Shown here in pieces: positions 34,635 to 42,446 of a stretch of DNA of 64,000 nt. Below the pieces are notes generated by a model. The model had not been told where the DNA came from and did no database searches. It worked only from the letters and a program-made list of their open reading frames with translations. The number at the start of each line of letters is the position of its first letter. Positions within the stretch are counted from its first letter, which is position 1. This stretch comes from an uncultured Candidatus Saccharibacteria bacterium (lineage in GTDB: Bacteria; Patescibacteriota; UBA1384; XYA2-FULL-43-10; 1-14-0-10-43-13), in NCBI GenBank assembly GCA_964419835.1, contig CAYQPT010000002.1, positions 6,732 to 70,731 of the forward strand, read 5' to 3'. The position numbers and the translations under genes were made by a program.

Positions 34635-35006
34635 TCATATGGCTCCGGGATAGTGTGATTTGAACGGATTCTCCTTCTCAGCCAAAATCGTCTCGTGTTT
34701 GAACTTATATTCTAAAACAATTTCCATGAGCTTGATTCCACCGGAATCCAGACATTTTTGAGCATTTGTGATTGTCCCGGTAGAGGTGCCAATCAATTCC
34801 TGAATTTTTAGATAATTAAAGTTCTTTGCCAGCATCCGCATGATGTTTAACCTCTGTCCCAAATACGCTTGCTCGGACTCAGACAGGAACGAGTGAAGAA
34901 ACAAAGTCAAATCCTCCTTTGTTCTAATTAAATTTATAATATCCACCAGAGTTTCAAACTGCTCTTTCCTCAATTCCTCATCATTGATGTTCGCAATTCT
35001 TTTCAT
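34635..35006 (-). CDS. TrpR-like (YerC/YecD family) helix-turn-helix protein
   Basis: 123 aa. N-terminal MKRIANINDEE..., and the central LSESEQAYLGQRLNIMRMLAKNFNYLKIQELIGTSTGTITNAQ matches the Trp-repressor-like YerC/YecD family. Confidence 0.6.
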   Translation of the reverse strand: MKRIANINDEELRKEQFETLVDIINLIRTKEDLTLFLHSFLSESEQAYLGQRLNIMRMLAKNFNYLKIQELIGTSTGTITNAQKCLDSGGIKLMEIVLEYKFKHETILAEKENPFKSHYPGAI

Positions 35007-35060
35007 AATCTCCTTTTATAAATTTGGATTAATTATTCAATATTATATTACACCATATTA

Positions 35061-35096
35061 ACCCTACTTCAACAAACTAGTTTGTTGAAGTAGGGT
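35061..35096. repeat. perfect 36-nt palindrome ACCCTACTTCAACAAACT|AGTTTGTTGAAGTAGGGT (copy 2), just upstream of the TrpR-like gene start
   Basis: Same core as 34578-34609, extended by 2 bp on each side. It lies 55 nt upstream of the ATG at 35006 on the minus strand. Confidence 0.8.
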
Positions 35097-35309
35097 GCCT
35101 AATCATATTTTACTGGATCTAAAGGAATTTAAGAAAGATTGGGTTGGGAGTAGTACAAAACTTCCATTCGGGCGATTTCGGATTTGGAATTAGAGCTGCA
35201 TAAAGCGACTATTTTTTGCTCTATCAATCTTTAAAAGTGGTTGTGTTTGTGCTATTTTCTTTTTGTAGAGGCGTACTGCTCTCCTTATTCTAATAATAAG
35301 GAGATAGCC

Positions 35310-35477
35310 ATGTCAGAAAAGACCGGAAAAGAAGAGCTGAAGAGTGCTTTCACCAGGACACTTCGGGAAAGAAAGCCTCGAATCCGTAAACAGTTCGGAA
35401 CGAAACCAGATTGCATCCCCGTCGGGTGTTTACCGCCCGGAAAATTGATAAGTGTTCCCGTCTATAAACGACGATAG
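35310..35477 (+). CDS. small basic hypothetical protein (55 aa), start corrected to the ATG with an RBS
   Basis: MSEKTGKEELKSAFTRTLRERKPRIRKQFGTKPDCIPVGCLPPGKLISVPVYKRR. The RBS AAGGAGA is 6 nt upstream and a strong terminator lies downstream. The 23 codons upstream in the ORF track lack an RBS. Confidence 0.3.
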   Translation: MSEKTGKEELKSAFTRTLRERKPRIRKQFGTKPDCIPVGCLPPGKLISVPVYKRR

Positions 35478-35490
35478 GAACAGCTATCAG

Positions 35491-35528
35491 CCCCACCGGT
35501 TCGGCTTTGCCGGTGGGGATCATTTTTA
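35491..35528 (+). terminator. rho-independent terminator
   Basis: CCCCACCGG / CCGGTGGGG 9-bp GC stem with a 10-nt loop, followed by ATCATTTTTACT. Confidence 0.65.
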
Positions 35529-35687
35529 CTTAAGGGTTTTTTGCCCGTAGTACAAAACTTCCATTCGGGCGAGGGCAGACTTGGGATTAGAATCGCTTAA
35601 ATATTCAACCACTTCCCCACTCTCCGGATCTTCAAAAAATATTGAGTACTTTCCTTTGTTCTTATTGTAAATGCAATCAGGAAAAAG

Positions 35688-36308
35688 CTAAATCAGGTAC
35701 ATGAGCCCGATACCAATAGCAATCAGAATAGTGCCAATAATTTTTTGAGTGATTCTGTTTCGTTCGTTCAAGAAAATTATCCCAGCCAACAAAGTAATTA
35801 TTAAAGACACTTGAGTAACAGGCACCACCTTTGACGCTTCACCGGTTTTAAGAGCATAGAACAGCAGTAGCTCAAAAAAACCGTAAATAATGCCCGAAAT
35901 AATAAGCCCCCACTTTTGGATTCTTAGTTCATCTACAACCTTTTTCGGCTTAAATCCCAAAAACATAAAACTAATGAGGCCGATCAAAAGAAATTCCAGA
36001 GAAGCTGCTGCAGATTCAGGAAAATCTTGAACTGTAAGTTTAGCGAACACAAATGCAATTACGGCAAAAAAAGTACTCAAAACCGTTAAGTAAGCGCCTT
36101 GATTGATTTTAATTTTCTTCTTCTCAAACAAAGCAACTACAACACCGGCAATAATAAATAATATTGCAATGATTTTTGAAAAACTTATCGCCTCAGCAAA
36201 CACAAAGAGTCCGCCAAATAAAATAAAAATATGCCTTGTTTGATTTATAATTTGATATTCAGAAACATCAATCTTTTTTATCGCAATGAAAGAAAACCAA
36301 TCGGCCAA
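35688..36308 (-). CDS. EamA/DMT-family membrane protein, single-domain size (possibly truncated)
   Basis: 206 aa, about 6 TMs. A C-terminal EamA-type signature (GEASKVVPVTQVSLIITLLAGIIFLNE). Canonical family members are about 300 aa with two domains. Confidence 0.45.
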   Translation of the reverse strand: MADWFSFIAIKKIDVSEYQIINQTRHIFILFGGLFVFAEAISFSKIIAILFIIAGVVVALFEKKKIKINQGAYLTVLSTFFAVIAFVFAKLTVQDFPESAAASLEFLLIGLISFMFLGFKPKKVVDELRIQKWGLIISGIIYGFFELLLFYALKTGEASKVVPVTQVSLIITLLAGIIFLNERNRITQKIIGTILIAIGIGLMYLI

Positions 36309-36414
36309 AAAAGCAAAAACAACAATTCCAAAAAACTACACCATAAAAAAACACGGCAAGAATGACGAGTAAACGATTAGATTAGATTATTTCAATATAT
36401 TTTAGAGCAGTTTT

Positions 36415-36642
36415 TTAACTGTCTTTTCTTCGAAGCATCTCAAGCTCTAGAACAATGTAACCCAAAGCAAGGATAATTAATCCACCGATAACTTTAAACG
36501 AAGGAAAGTAAAAACCGGCATCAATTGCGAAGATGTTGAACATCCATGCAGCCGATCCGTAAACAAAAATTATTACCCCCATAATAATCAGCAAGACGGC
36601 CACTCCGTAAAACGAATGATCAGAACCCTTTTTTGAGAACAT
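36415..36642 (-). CDS. hypothetical small membrane protein
   Basis: 75 aa with two predicted TM helices. Confidence 0.3.
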   Translation of the reverse strand: MFSKKGSDHSFYGVAVLLIIMGVIIFVYGSAAWMFNIFAIDAGFYFPSFKVIGGLIILALGYIVLELEMLRRKDS

Positions 36643-36751
36643 TTTTCCTCCTTGCCCCGTGTAATTACGCGAATGCGAAAATATTACTATGGGGCGTAAT
36701 ATTAATTAGTTTTATTATATCACAAATATTTTTTCAAATTGTGTAATCTGA

Positions 36752-36828
36752 TGGTCGGGGAAAGAGGATTCGAACCTCCGGTCTCGGGACCCCCAGCCCC
36801 GCGCTTTAACCAGCTAAGCTATTCCCCG
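36752..36828 (-). tRNA. tRNA-Pro (anticodon GGG)
   Basis: CGGGGAA-TA-GCTT-AGCTGGTTA-AAGC-G-CGGGG-CTGGGGG-TCCCG-AGACC-GGAGG-TTCGAAT-CCTCT-TTCCCCG-A-CCA. Confidence 0.85.
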
Positions 36829-37180
36829 ATTTCAGTTATATTTAATCATTATTTATAATTCGATTCAAATAAAAAATGGGCCGCCGGCTAAGATAAATTG
36901 GTCTTCTTTGCTAAGTGGGTAGTCGCACGAACCGGCCACGGCCGGCTCAAATATTGACCCAACCCCTCACCCTTCCGATAATGAAATTCACTGCAGGAAG
37001 GGTGAGGGGCGCCCGCATCAATTAAGATGAAGGACCCTTTTGTGAAATATTAACAGCCCAATTTAAAGTACCGACGAACCCACTTATATTATACACCTTG
37101 GTACAATGTCAGACCAAACAAAACAATGGTTGCAAGCCCTTGCTCTAGTCTGGTAAAATTATAGCAACAGGAATTTTTTT

Positions 37181-39391
37181 ATGGCAAATGAGATTTTGGT
37201 CCGTTCAGCGCTCTTGACCACAAACGAAAAACTGCCTGATAGGTTTTTATTTTCAGGAAAAGTAGAAGCGGAAAGCTGCAAAAACTGTTTTCTCTTCTAT
37301 CTTTTTGAGATTTCCACACCTTGGTCATCTTCTTGTGTCAAAATTAAAAAAAATGTATTAGATATTATTCAGAAAAACTTTCATCCTCGTGATTGCAGTG
37401 ATGCAGAGAGTATTTTTGAAAGAATCCTTCAGGAAATAAACCAATCCCTAAACTCTCTCGCCCAGAAAGGGGAAAATAGCTGGATCGGAAACCTAAACTC
37501 CATTATCGGCCTTGTCATTGAGAATGACATCAACATCGCTCAGGCGGGCAGATTTTCGGGATACATTTTTAGAAAAAGCCGGATTTCTTCTTTAACTGAA
37601 AATTCCCACCTAAAAGAAGAACCGCATCCATTGAAAACATTTTCAGACATTACTCAGGGAAGACTGGTTGCCGGTGATCGTGTTGTTTTCGGAAACATCG
37701 AACTATACAACCATTTTTCACTGGACCGGATCAGAAAGACTGTCGAGGAGCTTTCGGCGAACGAGGCCTTGCAGGAGTTTTATCATGCCTTAAAACGAAA
37801 CAAAATTTTAACTGTCAACTCCATCATCATTGAAGCTAAATCACTCGAAAAAATGCCGGATGAAGCAAGAGTTGATTTGCCGGAAATAATCACTCTGGAC
37901 AAGCAGGAAGAAAGTATGGCTACTGTTATGGCCAAAAAATATTCTCCGGTCGTAAAAAGTTTTTATGATAAAACAAAAAAACATTTGGCAGGAGCTAAGA
38001 AAAACCTGTCCGAACAAATTAAAAATAAAAGAACGAATAGCCAGTCTCTCGGAGAGAATTCGAAGGGTAAGGGTTTTTTAAGTAGTAGCGCAAGAAATAT
38101 TGGAAGAGGGCTTGGTGCTATGAAGGAAAAAATTGCTCCTCAAATTGAGAAATTAGGCAAAAGCAAACAATTCCAGAAAATTAAAATTAAAACTTTCCCC
38201 CACACCTCCAAAACAGCCGGTGGAACGACCAAGTTCTTCCAAAAGCTCTCTTTTATTCCCGCTCTTATTCAGCAGTTGCTGCTAAAGAAGAACCGGAAAT
38301 ATCTATATGGAATATTAATTATTCTTTTTGTCTTTATTGGTTACCTAAAAATTAACGCCAATAATTCAAACCGGACTGACAAAAAACAGGAGCAACAACT
38401 GGCGCTATCATACGATAAAGCAAAAGAAGCGTATGCAAAAGCAAAAGACGACTTAGCGTTAGGCAGGAACTCAGATACCAAACCGCTCGAAGATGCATTG
38501 GCACTGGCGGTAGAATCGCAGAAATCCCCCTCCAACAAGAACAAAGCTATTGAATTGACCAAAGAAATTCAAACCTCCCTCGACCAAACTACTAAGACAA
38601 ACCGGCTTTATGGTCCAAAACCGGTTTTTTCTTTCAATGATAGTGTGGGCAGGGTTGTGCTGACAGGGTTGGACATTTATGGATTTGATTCTGACGGTAA
38701 AATATATACCGCAAATGTTGCCGATAAGGAACCGCGACTTGTCGCCTCAATTGGTAAGGAAAACGGCAATGTTATTTCGGCAAATTTTTCCTCGTCAAAA
38801 AATAAAATATTTATCTATCCCAGCAGTAACAAAATGATCGAGTACGATATTACCTCGAAAACTCAAGGAGAAATGAAAGTGACAGATGGGTCTGGTAAAT
38901 GGGAAGACGCAAAAGCAATCTCGAGCTTCGTAACCAATGTCTATCTCTTGGATTCCGAAGCAGGCGAAGTTTGGAAACATGTGGAAACGGAGACGGGCTA
39001 TGGCAAAGGCACCTCATATGCAAATGCCAATAAAACGAGCTTACGAGGAGCCGTTGACCTGGCTGTTGATGGAAACATATATGTGCTATTAAACACTGGT
39101 GATGTTGTAAAATTTATTAAAGGCACCTTGGATCAAGGATTTTCCCTGAAAAATATCCCTGCCAGCAACAATAAAGTTGAAATTCCTACAAAAATATATA
39201 CCGACGCAGACACAAACTACATATTTATTCTCGATAAAAAAACAAACCGGATTTTGAAGTTTGATAAGAGTGGAAACTATGTTAACCAAACAGTTTTGGA
39301 TAATATGCCGATTGATGACTTTGTTGTAAATGGCAAAGTGCAAAAAATGTGGATCCTTTCTGGTGGAAAAATTTTCGGAATAGACCTCTAG
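37181..39391 (+). CDS. large membrane-anchored hypothetical protein; N-terminal degenerate PP2C-like region, central TM, C-terminal beta-propeller-like domain
   Basis: 736 aa. The N-terminal LVIENDINIAQAGRFSGYIFR and GRLVAGDRVVFGNIELY resemble PP2C motifs, but the metal-binding Asp residues are replaced. A TM sits at about residue 370 (YLYGILIILFVFIGYL). The C-terminal repeats (IFILDKKTNRILKFDKSGNYV) are NHL/beta-propeller-like. Confidence 0.35.
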   Translation: MANEILVRSALLTTNEKLPDRFLFSGKVEAESCKNCFLFYLFEISTPWSSSCVKIKKNVLDIIQKNFHPRDCSDAESIFERILQEINQSLNSLAQKGENSWIGNLNSIIGLVIENDINIAQAGRFSGYIFRKSRISSLTENSHLKEEPHPLKTFSDITQGRLVAGDRVVFGNIELYNHFSLDRIRKTVEELSANEALQEFYHALKRNKILTVNSIIIEAKSLEKMPDEARVDLPEIITLDKQEESMATVMAKKYSPVVKSFYDKTKKHLAGAKKNLSEQIKNKRTNSQSLGENSKGKGFLSSSARNIGRGLGAMKEKIAPQIEKLGKSKQFQKIKIKTFPHTSKTAGGTTKFFQKLSFIPALIQQLLLKKNRKYLYGILIILFVFIGYLKINANNSNRTDKKQEQQLALSYDKAKEAYAKAKDDLALGRNSDTKPLEDALALAVESQKSPSNKNKAIELTKEIQTSLDQTTKTNRLYGPKPVFSFNDSVGRVVLTGLDIYGFDSDGKIYTANVADKEPRLVASIGKENGNVISANFSSSKNKIFIYPSSNKMIEYDITSKTQGEMKVTDGSGKWEDAKAISSFVTNVYLLDSEAGEVWKHVETETGYGKGTSYANANKTSLRGAVDLAVDGNIYVLLNTGDVVKFIKGTLDQGFSLKNIPASNNKVEIPTKIYTDADTNYIFILDKKTNRILKFDKSGNYVNQTVLDNMPIDDFVVNGKVQKMWILSGGKIFGIDL

Positions 39392-39402
39392 GATATATGA
39401 AA

Positions 39403-39440
39403 TTAAAAAAAACCGCCTTTTAACTGAGGCGATTTTTTAA
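39403..39440. terminator. bidirectional terminator between the convergent 37181..39391 and argS genes
   Basis: AAAAAAAA, then a CGCCT / AGGCG stem with an 8-nt loop, then ATTTTTT. Confidence 0.45.
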
Positions 39441-39472
39441 TTGTAATTCGCTTCAATTCGTAATTCGTATTG

Positions 39473-41122
39473 CTACATCTTCTCCGGCGCCTCAATACCA
39501 CAGATTGATAGTGTATTTGCAAGAATATATTTTGTCGCCATAACCAAAGATAGGCGAGAGGCCGAGAGTTTTTTATCAGTTCCGATTACTTGGCAGTTAG
39601 CATAAAAATCATGGAATAAGCTGGCGATTTTATAAGCAAAATGGGGGAGTGCCTGAATTTGAAAATCAGTAACAGCAGTATTTATAAGTCCGGAAAAATT
39701 AATTAATTCTTTATAGAGAGCAACCTCTTTGTCGTTTTTCAAGAGTTTTAGATCTACTTCCTCTAATTTCTCTACCGCACTCTCCCCCGCCTTGGCCAAA
39801 ATACTGCAAATTCGAGCATGCGCATACTTTATATAGTAAACAGGATTTTTTTCCGATGTATCGGCAGCCAATTTTAAATCAAAATCAAAAGGCGTGTTGG
39901 AATTTTGCGCCAAAATAAAGTATTTAAATGCATCCGGCTCTACCCCACTCTCAATTACTTGCCGGAGTGTGACAAAATTTCCCAACCGCTTTCCCATACT
40001 GACTGATTTTCCTGCTTTCTTGAGCCGGATATATTGATAAAACAACACTTCTATCTGATCTTCTGCATGGCCCAACGCCTTCATGGCAACTTTGAACCTA
40101 GGAAGATGGCCATGATGATTAGCGCCCCAAACATCAATTAACCTGTCGAATCCTCTTTCAAATTTATCTATATGATAGGCAATGTCATCTGCAAAATAGG
40201 TCGGCGTTTTGCCATCACTTTTAACCAGAACGGACTCTTTATCTTTTAATTCAGGATCTTCTGGATTTTTAAACCAAAGTGCACCTTCCTTGCTCACAGT
40301 AAAACCTTTTTCTTTCAAAGTATTGATCGCTTTATCCGACTTACCACTATGTTGGAGATCGCTTTCATAGAACCAATTATCAAATTTTATTCCTATTAAT
40401 TCAGAATCTTCTCGAACTGATTTAATTGTATAGCAGAGTCCTTCTTTAATAAAAAATTCAATCAACTCTGATTCGTCTTTAATTTTTGTTAATTCTTCCT
40501 TTTTATCTTTCTGAATTTGCTCTGAAATTTCTTTAACATATGGCGCTGGATATCCGTCAGCCGGAAAATCCAACCCTTTGTCCTCTTTTTTAGCGAACCA
40601 ATAATAGAGGGATCGGCCAAAACGCTCTATTTGCAGTCCCATATCATTCACATAAAATTCTCTTCCGACCTCATACCCAAGAAACTCTAGTAGCTTTGCA
40701 ACTGTTTCTCCAATCGGTCCGCCTCGAGCATTTCCCACATGAAGAGGTCCCGTCGGGTTTGCAGAAATGTATTCCACCTGAATTTTTTGCTTTTTTTTGC
40801 TTCCTCGGCCATAATTCTCTTTTTCAGCTAAAATTCTCATTATCTCAGCATAATAAATTTCTTCCTTAATAAAGATATTAATAAATCCCGGACCGGCAAT
40901 TTCCACTTTTAAAAAATCTTTAACCGGTTTCATCAGTAGAGTAATTTTCTCGGCAACTTCCCGTGGGTTTGCCCCGTCTCTGCCCGCAATCATCATTGCA
41001 ATATTTGTGGCAAAGTCCCCCATTTCAGGTTTTGGCGGTGTCTCAATGCTAAAATTCTGCGGAATACTAAAGTCAGCTTTTTTAACAGCTTCAATAATTT
41101 TTTCTCTTACCAGTTCTTTCAT
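39473..41122 (-). CDS. argS: arginine--tRNA ligase
   Basis: 549 aa. The class I HIGH region ANPTGPLHVGNAR. A C-terminal DALR anticodon-binding-like domain. Size is typical. Confidence 0.9.
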   Translation of the reverse strand: MKELVREKIIEAVKKADFSIPQNFSIETPPKPEMGDFATNIAMMIAGRDGANPREVAEKITLLMKPVKDFLKVEIAGPGFINIFIKEEIYYAEIMRILAEKENYGRGSKKKQKIQVEYISANPTGPLHVGNARGGPIGETVAKLLEFLGYEVGREFYVNDMGLQIERFGRSLYYWFAKKEDKGLDFPADGYPAPYVKEISEQIQKDKKEELTKIKDESELIEFFIKEGLCYTIKSVREDSELIGIKFDNWFYESDLQHSGKSDKAINTLKEKGFTVSKEGALWFKNPEDPELKDKESVLVKSDGKTPTYFADDIAYHIDKFERGFDRLIDVWGANHHGHLPRFKVAMKALGHAEDQIEVLFYQYIRLKKAGKSVSMGKRLGNFVTLRQVIESGVEPDAFKYFILAQNSNTPFDFDLKLAADTSEKNPVYYIKYAHARICSILAKAGESAVEKLEEVDLKLLKNDKEVALYKELINFSGLINTAVTDFQIQALPHFAYKIASLFHDFYANCQVIGTDKKLSASRLSLVMATKYILANTLSICGIEAPEKM

Positions 41123-41131
41123 TTGTTTTGG

Positions 41132-42301
41132 CTACTTAATTTTGTATACTTTTTTCTTTCCAACCTGAATGATCATTCCAGCATGTGTTGCAATGTCCGA
41201 CTTTGGATCAGTTATTTTTGCACCGTCAATTTTTACTCCGCCTTGTTCGATCAATCTTTTTGCTTCAGAGTTAGAACCGGCAGCACCAACCTCAATCAAG
41301 AACAAGGGCAACTCATAATTTCCGCTAATCTTCACTTCGGGGATATCTGTTGGCAGCTCTTTTTTCGTAAAAACATTTTTAAATTCCTGTATGGCTCCTT
41401 CAGCATCCTTCTCGCTATGATATATTTTAACGATTTCGAAAGCCAATTTCTCTTTTATGTCTCTCGGATTTGTTCCCTTCTTAAGATCTTCCTTGTGCTT
41501 CTCAATTTCTTTGGCCGGCAAATCTGTACACAAATTGAAATACTCTATTATCAATGAATCCGGAATAGACATTATTTTGCCGAATTGAGAATTGGCGCTC
41601 TCAGTAATCCCAACATAATTATCGAGCGACTTGCTCATTTTTTCTTTTCCATCCAGCCCGACCAAAAGCTTTACCATAATAATATCCTGTGGCTCTTGCC
41701 CCATCTTTTTTTGCAGAGATCTACCGGCAAGAATATTAAATTTCTGATCTGTTCCGCCAAACTCAACATCGGCTTTTAATATGACTGAATCATAGGCCTG
41801 CATTATTGGATAAAGGGTTTCCTGAATTCCAATATCACTTCCGGACTTAAGCCGTTTTTCAAAGTCGTCTCTTTCAATAATTTGAGCAACCGTAAACAAA
41901 GAGCATAATTCTAAAATCTCGGAAAATTTCATCTTCGAATACCATTCTGAATTGTAGCGGATTTCGGTCTTTTTAATATCGAGGATTTTCCCCACCTGAT
42001 CAAAATATGTCTTTGCATTTTTAGCAATTTCTTCGTCAGAAAGAATGGGACGGGTTTTGTTTCTACCTGAAGGATCTCCAATTTTTGTCGTGTAATCCCC
42101 GATTAAAAAAATGATCTTATGTCCTTCGTCTTGAAGTTGCCGTAGTTTTCTTATGGCCACGGCATGACCAATATGGATGTCCGGCCTAGTCGGATCTACA
42201 CCCAGTTTAATCCGCAGCTTCCTGCCCGATGACAACTTTGTCTTTAGTGACTTTTCGTCTATTATTTCCGCAACACCTTTTTCAAAAAAATCTTTGTCCA
42301 T
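41132..42301 (-). CDS. tyrS: tyrosine--tRNA ligase
   Basis: 389 aa. HIGH motif (PDIHIGHAV). KMSKS present. C-terminal S4-like domain. Confidence 0.9.
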   Translation of the reverse strand: MDKDFFEKGVAEIIDEKSLKTKLSSGRKLRIKLGVDPTRPDIHIGHAVAIRKLRQLQDEGHKIIFLIGDYTTKIGDPSGRNKTRPILSDEEIAKNAKTYFDQVGKILDIKKTEIRYNSEWYSKMKFSEILELCSLFTVAQIIERDDFEKRLKSGSDIGIQETLYPIMQAYDSVILKADVEFGGTDQKFNILAGRSLQKKMGQEPQDIIMVKLLVGLDGKEKMSKSLDNYVGITESANSQFGKIMSIPDSLIIEYFNLCTDLPAKEIEKHKEDLKKGTNPRDIKEKLAFEIVKIYHSEKDAEGAIQEFKNVFTKKELPTDIPEVKISGNYELPLFLIEVGAAGSNSEAKRLIEQGGVKIDGAKITDPKSDIATHAGMIIQVGKKKVYKIK

Positions 42302-42446
42302 GCTGTCCCTTTATTAATTGTGCATGCAAGCGGTTGACATGCAGGAGTTTTGCAATTATAATTCTCTCGTTTTCTTTTTAGATTCGTTTTCTGTTTACAT
42401 ACTATCAAGCGAAGCATATAATGTAAAGAAAGGAGGTGGCAAATTT

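Noticed and set aside
36955-37001. Possible additional tRNA or tRNA fragment in the GC-rich region after tRNA-Pro
   Set aside because: No acceptor, T-loop (GTTCGA-type) or CCA context could be assembled around the hairpin by hand. It is reported only as a structured element.
42318-42446. Upstream extension of the PBP ORF (MCMQAVDMQEF...)
   Set aside because: There is no RBS. A strong RBS (AGGAGGTGG) precedes the internal ATG at 42447, and the extension overlaps the tyrS promoter region.
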